A stretch of DNA of 64,000 bases, taken from Octopus vulgaris. Its lineage: Eukaryota. The DNA is taken from positions 11,594,001-11,658,000 of the forward strand of contig CATOCA020000001.1 of NCBI GenBank assembly GCA_951406725.2, in the 5' to 3' direction. Made by a program: the position numbers and the translations under genes. Positions 1 through 10,327 of this stretch are shown one piece after another. The notes beneath the pieces were generated by a model. It was not told where the DNA came from. It searched no databases and saw nothing but the letters and a program-made list of their open reading frames with translations. Positions within the stretch are counted from its first letter, which is position 1. Each line of letters opens with the position of its first letter.

Positions 1-140
1 AATTCCCACCTTGCTATTAAGAACATGTTTGCATTCCAGGAAATAATGACCATCAAACTTGAGTTTACCATATCAATATGTATCTATCTATCTTATCCAT
101 CTATGTGCGTTTATGCGTATATATATTTATATATATATAT

Positions 141-392
141 GGTTCGGGGTTCACTTTGGCCAAATGACTTCTACTATAGCCTCGGGCTGACCAAAGCCTT
201 GTTTGTGTGTCTGTGTTTGTCCTCTCATCATCGCTTGGCAACCGATGTTGGTGTGTTTGCGTCCCCGTAAATTAGCGGTTCGACATTAAGGAACCGATAG
301 AATGAGTCCTGCACTAGTAAAGAATAAATTCTGGTGTCGATTTGTTTCACCAAAAGACACCGCTCCATCATGGCCGCGGTCAAGTAAAAGAG
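141..392 (+). mobile_element. Degenerate tRNA-derived SINE (family A, same family as 45579-45975), internally deleted
   Basis: Blocks ttctactatagcctcgggctgaccaaagccttgt, caaccgatgttggtgtgtttgcgtccccgtaa and ctccatcatggccgcggtcaa align by eye to the complete copy at 45579-45975. Confidence 0.8.
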
Positions 393-643
393 TATACATA
401 CATACCTATATACAAACACACATGCATACATATACATACATACATGCATACATGCATATATACACATATGTGTATATATATATATATATATATGAGTGTG
501 GGGTGTGTGTGTGGAAGAAAAGCTGTCTTCTTATTCACACAATTCGTTTCACAATTCTACATCTTACTCATTGGATATTACAAAAATACTTGATTTTTTA
601 TTTTTAAAAAACCTTTTTTTTTCCTCATATGTTCACACACACA

Positions 644-699
<56 letters not shown>

Positions 700-856
700 C
701 CCCACGTATTTCTAAACATAACCTGTATACCGTAACCCTTAAACCTAACCAAAACCTACAACTTCAACCCTAACCTAAAAACTCAAACGCATGGCCTCTC
801 TTTTAAACCCATCTCTCGTTCTAAATCCCCAATAAAAGAAGTTTTCTTGATACGTT

Positions 857-1245
857 TGTCAACTGCTGTTTCTTTAGGTTTAGCCATATCAAATGTCCGT
901 TCGTTTGTCCTGTTCCCCTAAACTTTATTGAAATAAGTTTCAAATGCAGTTGATTATGGAACCTCTAAACGGGAGAATACAAGGTGAGATGATGAATGAG
1001 ATGAGAGGGTAATAATGCCTTTCCAGATATATAATAATCCCGTATATGAAATAAAGAATAGTTTTCAAATATGAACAGGCTGAAATTAAGCGTGTGTGCA
1101 GTAAAGCACTTTGAAATTGCATAATTACAGCTAATTAGAAGTAATTAAAGATATAATTACTATGTTTATGTTGTATCCTCAATTTGTCTAAACTGGGAAA
1201 TTTGGGATGTATTTTATAAATACCAAGAATTTATAACTTGCTCCT
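857..1245. repeat. About 390-bp dispersed direct repeat, copy 1 (copy 2 at about 4868-5255)
   Basis: Direct sequence match, e.g. cctctaaacgggagaatacaaggtgagatgatgaatgagatgagaggg...ccaagaatttataacttgctcc, in both copies. Confidence 0.9.
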
Positions 1246-1252
1246 TTCCTCC

Positions 1253-1288
<36 letters not shown>

Positions 1289-1311
1289 TGCACAAACCTA
1301 TACCCATAGGT

Positions 1312-1346
<35 letters not shown>

Positions 1347-1360
1347 CATGCATACAGTTT

Positions 1361-1560
1361 GAGCCGGCAGAACCGTTACTGGTAAAAATGAAAGTGTTTA
1401 GCAGCAATACTTCCAAATTGAGGTTCTGAGTTCGAATGTCGCCTGGGTTGCTGCTACATGTCATCGTTTCGCTCGATAAAATAAATACTTATTAAGCACG
1501 TGGGTTGATATAATCCACTTAAATCCTGACTTGAAATTGCTGGTCGAGTGCCAGAGTTTA
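1361..1560 (+). mobile_element. Degenerate tRNA-derived SINE (family B)
   Basis: gagccggcagaaccgtta...gttctgagttcgaatgtcgcc has A/B-box-like motifs and matches the copies at 31301 and 52500. Confidence 0.6.
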
Positions 1561-1700
1561 AAACCGATGTGTGTGTGTGTGTGTCTATGTGTATGTGTGT
1601 GTATTTGTATTTGTATGTGTGTGTGTGTGCGCGTGTGCATTTGAAAGTGTGTGTGTATGTGTGTGTGTGTATGTATGTGTGTGTGTGTGTGTGTATGTGT

Positions 1701-1752
<52 letters not shown>

Positions 1753-1932
1753 TTGTGTGTATGTGTGTGTGTGTATATATACATATATATATATATGTGT
1801 GTGTGTATGTGTGTGTCATTATGAATACCGTTATATTATGTATGTCTGTGTTTGTTCGGTTTGCAAAGAACTTTCTAGCATTTTGTAAGTAAATTTTTTT
1901 AATAGTCTTTAGATTGCCGTGCATAGCTTTAC

Positions 1933-2560
1933 TCAAACCAAATATTTCCCATTTTGTTCCACGATCTTTCGCCATCTTTGAGGCAGCTTCATGACCCTGT
2001 CCTTCCAGAACTTGGTATCTTTCTGGGTCATTAACTTGTCAAAGTGGCTTCTACACTCTTTTAAACAATCAAAGTTCTTCCCATTAAGAGAATTCTGCAA
2101 GGATCCCAATAAATGATAATCCGAAGGTGCAAGGTCAGGTTAGTACGGTGTGGGGGGTAAGACATCCCACCCAAGCTGCACCAATTTCTGCCGAGTCTGC
2201 AAAGAAATGTACAGTCTAGCGTTGTCCTTTCGGTAAGTCAGTTCTGGACGTTTTTCATAAATTACATCCTTCAATTGATGAAATCGGGGACAATAATAGT
2301 TTGAATTTTAATGACTGACTTCATGGAAGTAGCTCATAATAAACAATGCCCTTCCAGGCTCAGCAGATACAGGACATCACCTTCTACGGATACAGACCAG
2401 CTTTTGGAGAGATAGAAGACGGCTCATATCGTTTTCGCCAGGAGCTTTTCCATTTTATGTTGTAAATAATCACACGTGATCATTCGTTTCAAAAATGGAT
2501 AATCTTTGTTTCGTCTGATTAGTGAATTGCACATCGATATGCGCTCTATTAATTTTTTTC
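1933..2560 (-). pseudogene. Mariner (DD34D) transposase relic, C-terminal two-thirds
   Basis: Manual minus-strand translation gives RISMCNSLIRRNKDYPFLKRMITCD, PKAGLYP*KVM and DNARLYISLQTRQKLVQLGWDVLPPTPY*PDLAPSDYHLLGSLQNSLNGKNF...KLPQRWRKIVEQNGKYLV*. These match the mariner ITGDEKW, HDNARPH and YSPDLAPSDY motifs, with stops and frameshifts. Confidence 0.9.
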
Positions 2561-3351
2561 CATTAAGTTATGAGGCATCGAAAAGTATACACAACCTTAT
2601 CGATACCATGCGCATATATCATTATGTATATTTATAAGGGGAATCAGTGCCAACCATCACGCTCCTCTACATACTTCTGTCCCCGTGCATTAGGTTTCCA
2701 CTGTGCCAGAGTCGACCTTGTTCAGTGCCTCATCTTATTACACCCACCTTTGTAAGTGTTGGTCTGATGTCCGTTTTCTCACCACGCAGCACCACCGGAT
2801 ATGCACAGTCATATCACAGAGAAACAAACCGGACAGACAGACAAACAATCATACATGCAGTCAAGCAGAAATTAAAACTTAAGTCATCAAGTTAAAAACA
2901 GAAACGGACAGATATTGTTGTGTAGGACCACAAGGAAAATATATGTTAGGTTATCGAAATCAGCTGACCTCTCGACACCAATGGGGTTAGAAAAATGTAA
3001 GAAAAAGAGGACGTTTATTGACCATTGATAAGGAATTTTCAAGGCCATTACCCAAAATACACTTTCCAGCTCAAACCTGTTTTTATTGTAGCCAGAGAAT
3101 ATATACCGACCCGCCTGGAGCAAAGCATGTCCAAATGTGGAATATTGGGGAAAGAATTGAAATCTTTCATCCAAACTCTACAAGTGATCACGATATCTGG
3201 GACTAAAAACAGTTGGATGAAATGTCACTAAGCATTTTCGACCATCGTCACAATCATTCTGCCAGATCACTGCATTTTCACAGGCATCCGCTTCGATAAA
3301 TAGATATAAAGATATCTAAATGCATAGAAGTACAATAGACTGATATGTGAT

Positions 3352-4040
3352 GTTAGTTAGTTAGTTAGTTAATTTGGCTCAAAAGCAAATAGCAAGGCCA
3401 TGTAGGGGGACATGGAGTTAAGTACAGGGTGGTGTTCATGTAAAGAGTTCAGGCCACTTGAGGTCCAGGGAGGCTTTGAACAAAGCGGTCGTCGGCATCT
3501 TCACCATCTCGTCTGGCAGCTTGTTCCACGGATCCGCAACCCGGGCGGAGAAAGCTCCTCTCCTTCGATTTAGATGAAATCGTCGCAGGTAGAGCTTTTC
3601 GGAATGACCCCGCAGCCGACGCTCTGGAGCAGGAGTGAAGAACAGCTCCTTCGAGAGGTTACACTTCCCTCTTATGATGTTGTGGGCGAGAATGAGATCA
3701 CCACAGCGGCGGCGTTTTTCAAGAGAATAAAGGTCGAGCGTCCTCAGCCTTTCTTCGTAGGACAAATTTTTTAGACCATGAACCATGAGGGTAGCCAGCT
3801 TCTGGACTCTTTCGAGATGCTGTAAGGAGATAAGGAGAAGAGGCTTGAATCCCGTACTCCAATATGGGTCTCACAAGCGTAACATAGAGCGGTAGGAATA
3901 TGGCTGCTGTGAGCATTCCGAATGACCGTCGAATCAAGAACAGAACTCCGCGTGCTTTGTTGGTAGCATGGACGCACTGGGCCGAAGGCGAAAAGGAGGA
4001 ATCCACCAAGATACCCAGGTCCTTTACCTGATCGGTCACG
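3352..4040 (-). mobile_element. 5'-truncated CR1-clade LINE (ORF2 C-terminus, 3'UTR, (TAAC)n tail)
   Basis: ORFs 3719-4039 (KDLGILVD...LYVTLVRPILEYG) and 3436-3786 (LSYEERLRTLDLYSLEKRR.GDLI...WNKLP) are typical CR1 ORF2 C-terminal motifs; tandem tail gttagttagttagttagttaa at 3352-3372. Confidence 0.92.
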
Positions 4041-4272
4041 TGTTCTCTTAAGGTAGTTCTCGGGGATATTCAGCGTGACACAGGGAGTGACAAGGCCGGC
4101 CCTTTGAAATACAGGTACAACAGAAACAGGAAGTAATTATATTCCAAATTGAAAGCTTGTCTCTCTCTTTCTTCATTTCTCTATCTCCCTATGCCTGTCT
4201 GTCTCAATTTCCCTCTCTCTCTTTCTCTCTCTTTATCTATCTATCTGTCTATTTATATATCTCTCTGTATAA

Positions 4273-4303
<31 letters not shown>

Positions 4304-4346
4304 CATTTGTATATTTAAAGGGCAAAAACCACTAGGTGGTCAGCCG

Positions 4347-4413
<67 letters not shown>

Positions 4414-4416
<3 letters not shown>

Positions 4417-4745
4417 ATCGCGGTTTCGATTCCCAGACCGGGCGTTGTGAGTGTTTATTGAGCGAAAACACCTAAAGCTCCACGAGGCTCCGGCAGGGAT
4501 GGTGGTGATCCCTGCTGTACTCTTTCACCACAACTTTCTCTCACTCTTACTTCCTGTTTCTGTTGTACCTGTATTTCAAAGGGCCGGCCTTGTCACTCTG
4601 TGTGTCACGCTGAATATCCCCGAGAACTACCTTAAGAGAACACGTGTCTGTGGAGTGCTGAGCCACTTACACGTTAATTTCACGAGCAGGCTGTTCCGTT
4701 GATCGGATCAACCGGAACCCTCGTCGTCGTAACCGACGGAGTCCT
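4414..4745 (+). mobile_element. tRNA-derived SINE (family C, resembles octopus OR-type)
   Basis: Head ggatcgcggtttcgattcccagaccgggcg (B-box-like) is shared with the minus-strand copy at 55755-56010, but the 3' tail differs. Confidence 0.8.
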
Positions 4746-4867
4746 TCCACAGTGGATTTTGCAAGCATGAAGTGGTTTCGATCCACTACAACTTATATTC
4801 TAACCCTTTCCCTATTTCTCGTCCTAAATCTTTAATACGAATTCCAAACGATCTTTTCCTGGCATAT

Positions 4868-5255
4868 TTGTCAACTGCTATTTCTGTTAGGCTTAGCGAT
4901 ACCAAAAGTCTCCTTCGATTGTCCTGTTCCCCTAAATATAAATGAAATATAAATTGCAGTTGATTATGGCACCTCTAAACGGGAGAATACAAGGTGAGAT
5001 GATGAATGAGATGAGAGGGCAATAATGCCTTTCCAGATATATAATAATCCCGTAAATGAAATAAAGAATAGTTTTCAAATATGAACAGGCTGAAATTAAG
5101 CGTGTGAGCAGTAAAGCACTTTGAAATTGCATAATTACAGCTAATTAGAAGTAATTAAAGATATAATTACTATGTTTATGTTGTATCATCAATTTGTCTA
5201 AACTGGGAAATTTGGGATGTATTTTATAAATACCAAGAATTTATAACTTGCTCCC
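4868..5255. repeat. Copy 2 of the about 390-bp repeat at 857-1245
   Basis: Direct sequence match. Confidence 0.9.
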
Positions 5256-5285
5256 CCTCCTCTCTCACCCTGTCTCTCTTTCTCC

Positions 5286-5318
<33 letters not shown>

Positions 5319-5331
5319 CACACTCACTCAT

Positions 5332-5489
5332 ATAGGTGCAGGTGTGGTTGTGGTAAATACGTTGCTTACTATCCACAGGGTTTCAGATTCAGTGCCACCG
5401 CGTGGCAAACTTGGGTCTCTTCTACTATAGCCTCCAAACGACCAAAGTCCTGTAAGTGGATTTAGTAGACGGAAACTGAAAGAATCCCG

Positions 5490-5531
<42 letters not shown>

Positions 5532-6186
5532 TTGAAATATTATTTATTATATATGTATATGTGTACAGATATATATGTATGTATACATACTTCTCTGTTT
5601 TTGCATCTGTTTGTCCTTCTATTAACCCTTGACAACTGGTGTTAATGTTTTTCCGTCCCGTAACCGGTCGGTTCGGGTAAAGAGAGCGATAAAATCATTA
5701 CAAGGCTTCAGAATAAGAGATCCCACTGTTGAATTGTTCCACAATGTGTTGCTCCAGTATGGTCGTATGCAAGTGACTGAACAAAATAAGAAAATAAAAG
5801 AATATACATGGCTGTGTGGTAAAAATCTTGCTTCCCAAAGACATAGATCCGGGTTCAGTCTCACTGCGTGGCATCTTGGGCAGTGTGCTATACTATAGGC
5901 TCAGGCCGCCTTGTGAGTCGACATTGTAGAAAGAAACTGAAAGAAGCCTGTCGTATATATATATATCTGTGTGTGTGTGTATTTGTATGTTTGTGGTTGT
6001 CCCCCTACTATCGACTAAAAAAACCGATGTTGGTGTGTATACGTACCCGTAACTTAGCGGTTCGGTAAAAGATACCAAGAGAATTAGTCGTCCTTGGCTT
6101 AGAAAGAATAAGCCCTGGGGTCGATTTGCTCGACTATAGGCGGTTCTCCAGTGTGGCCACAGCCAAATGACTGAAACAAGTAGAAG
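5332..6186 (+). mobile_element. Two tandem family A SINEs (about 5332-5790 and 5808-6186)
   Basis: Repeated heads (tggctgtgtggtaa...gggttcagtc.cactgcgtggca.cttggg), internal (TA)n/(TG)n, and 3' block ggcggttctccagtgtggccacagccaaatgactgaaacaagt. Confidence 0.8.
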
Positions 6187-6320
6187 AATATATATATATG
6201 TAGATATATATATATGCATATATATATGTATATATATATATGTGCATATATATATATATATGTATATATATAAATATGTATATGTATATATATAAATATG
6301 TATATATATATATGTATATA

Positions 6321-6360
<40 letters not shown>

Positions 6361-6364
<4 letters not shown>

Positions 6365-8460
6365 TATTAGAGACAAAACCACTATTTTGCAAAACAAACA
6401 AGGAAAGACTTAATCAATACATAAAATTTTAATAAATAGTCAAAAAAACCGCCACTACAATCGTTTCTTGTCTTGATCGACAATCTTCAGGTGGACTTCA
6501 ATCTAAAATATCAATATTTTAAAATATATAAATAATAATTTTAAAATAATTAAAGTATGAATGAAAAAATATAAATATATAATCCATATATAACCTATAT
6601 ATAATCCATATATAATCAATATATAAACAATATATAAACTAAAATAAACCTATCAACAATTAAATATAAAATATAAAATATAAAATATAAAATAAAAAAT
6701 ATAAAATATAAAACAAAACAAAAAAATAATAATAATATAATAATAAACTATATATACACCCATACACATATACCTAATTATATATAACCATATCTAACTA
6801 CATACACTAAATCACACACCTATATATATATCCCTATACATACACATAAAAACGTCTAGGCAACTATAAATAAATAAAATAGCTAAATACTTCAACACAA
6901 TACTTATTCATACTCCCACACACACACACATACAACCCACATTCACGCTCTAGAAAACGGACATCACTCAAAATTATGAACGGAGAAATGGAATAAATGG
7001 AATTAAAAATTATATTCACTTGGTAAAACGAACACTACTTAAAAATTATGAATGAAACAATGCAATAAAACAACAGACATCGCAAATATACACAAATTAC
7101 TACGAATTCCTAAACAAACCTACCATGATAAACCAAAACTCACAAAAACATATAATGATAAAATCTCCCTTTACTAAACTCTATAACATACCTATATAGC
7201 AATCCCCCTAACCTAAACATTCACACACAAATACACACACGTAAACCACACACCCACGACATATACAAATATCCACACCACTTACACATACCAATACATA
7301 CATATAAACCTCAACATATACTCCAAAAACCCACTCAACCCCACAAAGACAAATCAACACAAAAATTATGAATGGATTCTTTTATAAAACTACCATGATA
7401 AACTAAAACTCATAAAACAGAAATGATAAAACCTCCCTTTACTAAACACTATAACATACTTATATAGCAATCCCTTTAACCTATACATTCACACACAAAA
7501 ACACACACGTAAACCACACACCCATAACAAATACAAACACCCACCCCACTCACACACACCCACAAGTACATATAAGCCTCAACATATACACCAAACAAAA
7601 ATACTTTACCAAGGAACTTAACATATGTATAAAAAGTATAACCGCTCTGGAAACGAACATCTCTAAATTAATGAATGGAGAAATGGAATAAATGGAATTA
7701 AAAATAATATTCACGTGGCAAAACGAACACCACTCAAAAATTATGAATGAAACAATGTAATAAAACAACCAACATCGAAAATAGACAAATTACCACGAAT
7801 TCCCTAAAAAAAAAAAAAAAAAAAAAAAAACCATGATAAACCAAAACTCTTAAAAACATATAACGATAAAATCTCCCTTTGCTAAACTCTATAACAAACC
7901 TATATAGCAATCCCCCTAACCTAAACATTCACACACAAATACACACACGTAAACCACATACCCACGACTTATACACATACCTATACTAACTTATAAACCT
8001 CAATATACACCAAAACCCACTCCCTCCCCACACAGACAAATTAACACATACATCCCAAAACCTAAATAACAAACCCATATACACATTCACACACAAACAC
8101 ACACACACGCAAAACACACACACACAACAGATACATATACTCCCTCACATATACGCATATACATACTCACTAAACTCGATATATACAACAATATTTACAC
8201 ACCCACACTCATACAGATAAATAAATTATACAACTAAAAACTCACACACAATCTCATATACATAAACACTCCTATGAAAACAACATTAAATACATCGTAA
8301 TTAACCAGAATATCAAAAATAACAATATGACATAAGGATAAATAAAATACATACTTACAAGTCAGTTTCAAATTATAAAGTGAAATTAAATTCTTAGCCG
8401 TTAAAAAAAAACCAAACCAAAATTACGTTACCATAGAAATAACTTATGTAAAAACAATAC
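6361..8460. mobile_element. Degenerate AC-rich Penelope-like element: hammerhead-bearing terminal segment plus internal tandem duplications (6971-7360, 7363-7600 partial, 7668-8060)
   Basis: Hammerhead core at 6452-6494; terminus ttagagacaaaaccactattttgcaaaacaaacaagg resembles 46711-46750; flanked by (TA)n; no intact ORF. Confidence 0.5.
6452..6494 (-). ncRNA. Minimal type I hammerhead ribozyme motif
   Basis: Minus strand reads ccac-CUGAAGA-uuguc-gaucaa-gacaa-GAAAC-gauu-GUA-gugg: intact CUGANGA and GAAA core, 5-bp stem II, 4-bp stem I, minimal stem III, GUA cleavage triplet. Confidence 0.8.
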
Positions 8461-8742
8461 GCGTCATGGAAAGAAAACGTCATTTAAAATTATATATATG
8501 TGTGTGTGTGTGTGTATATGTGTATATATATGTATATATATACGTATATATGTATATATATGTATATATATGCATATATATATATATGTATGTATGTATA
8601 TATATATATATGAATATATATGTATATATATATATATATACGTATATATATATATATATGTATGTATATATATATGTATGTATATATATAGATATATATA
8701 TTTCCCTCTGTCCGCCCTTCTCTGGATCTTTCCTTCTCCTAT

Positions 8743-8777
8743 GTTTCCGACGAAGAGCTCCGCTCGAAACGTTAAAC
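8743..8777 (+). ncRNA. Hammerhead-like motif with a core substitution, inside a short repeat (about 8700-8872) in (TA)n
   Basis: guuu-CCGACGA-a-gagc-ucc-gcuc-GAAACGUUA-aac: CUGANGA is changed to CCGACGA; stem III region is the palindrome AACGUU. Confidence 0.5.
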
Positions 8778-8873
8778 CATCCTTCTTTCCTTTTTCCTGA
8801 GCGTCCAATAATACTATATTTGTTCCACGTCCACGCGTTGTGTTCTTTTGTGCTTTCTTGTTTGGATTAACTT

Positions 8874-8907
<34 letters not shown>

Positions 8908-8944
8908 TAGATAAGAAAGTTTGTTTGGTAAAGCACGTGGGTGA

Positions 8945-9401
8945 ATATATAAGAAAATAGTAAAGTGTGAAAAAACGACAGAAGGCTTAAATGTTAAAAA
9001 ATATATATATTTGTGTCAAAATGTCTGGAGAATATTGGAAAAATTTTTTTCCTTTCCTTAAAATGACATAATTTAAAAATTTTTAAAGAAATTACCGGTT
9101 TCGCGTGTAGCTTTTCAAATTTCTTGTGACGTTATGTTTATATTGCATGGAATTATCGTTGTTTTTATTTATGGAAATAAAAACAACGATAATTCCATGC
9201 AATATAAACATAACGTCACAAGAAATTTGAAAAGCTACACGCGAAACCGGTAATTTCTTTAAAAATTTTTAAATTATGTCATTTTAAGGAAAGGGAAAAA
9301 AATTTTTCCAATATTCTCCAGACATTTTGACACAAATATATATATTTTTTAACATTTAAGCCTTCTGTCGTTTTTTCACACTTTACTATTTTCTTATATA
9401 T
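8945..9401. repeat. Near-perfect palindrome: about 226-bp arms, 4-nt spacer (atgg, 9171-9174)
   Basis: Arms are reverse complements apart from one 1-bp indel (cc versus ggg); each arm carries a degenerate hammerhead (9220-9259 on +, 9086-9125 on -). Confidence 0.95.
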
Positions 9402-9680
9402 ATATATATATATATATATATTCTATTTATTTATTTATTTTCTCATTGATTCTTCTCATTTCAAAAAACGCTCTGGCCTTTTGACCACTCCCCTAAGAAC
9501 AGTAGCCTGTGACCTGTTTATCTCCTAAATACCAACCTACCCAAAAAACGTCCCTCCTGCCACCACCACTCCATTAAATCTGCCTAAATACATAAATACC
9601 AGAACTTATTTTCACAGCCAGCTTCCTGAAGATTTCATCTGAATGAAACAGTTCTAGTCATGTAGAATCTCCTTCTATAA

Positions 9681-9735
<55 letters not shown>

Positions 9736-9881
9736 AAATAGAAAGATGAATAATCTTGTTGCAGATTAATCAAAAGTTTAACCGATACCTTGGTAGCAAA
9801 AATCACAGCAGAAGACAGCACGGTTGGAGGTACAACCATATGGTGTTGCAACCGTGCGTTGGTGCGGATAATTGAATTTTA

Positions 9882-9970
9882 ATATTATTAGTGAATTGAA
9901 GAAATGGAGTTGAAGGAAGATTGAACGATTTCTGTTCAATCTTCGTTCAACTCCATTTCTTCAATTCACT

Positions 9971-9978
<8 letters not shown>
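9882..9978. repeat. 45-bp inverted-repeat hairpin with a 7-nt loop
   Basis: atattattagtgaattgaagaaatggagttgaaggaagattgaac / gatttct / reverse complement, one mismatch. Confidence 0.9.
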
Positions 9979-10017
<39 letters not shown>

Positions 10018-10172
10018 TATACATATGTATAAAGTTAATCATTTATATACATATATACATATATATCCATATATATACATATGCATATACATATATATAT
10101 ATACACATATTTATATATACATATATATAAACACATATATATATACATATATATATATACAAATATATATAC

Positions 10173-10238
<66 letters not shown>

Positions 10239-10327
10239 TTTGATACTTTGATACTTTGATAGGTTTTGGCCATTATTGGCCCAGGCCATGTCTAACTTAA
10301 TAGCACCACCTGGTGAAGTCTTTCAAG

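Noticed and set aside
733-778. taaccct/aacctaa runs resembling telomeric repeats
   Set aside because: Too short and degenerate to call an interstitial telomere
2640-3300. Complex sequence with short ORFs (3018-3206, 3025-3231)
   Set aside because: No recognisable protein motif or splice structure; probably an old repeat relic
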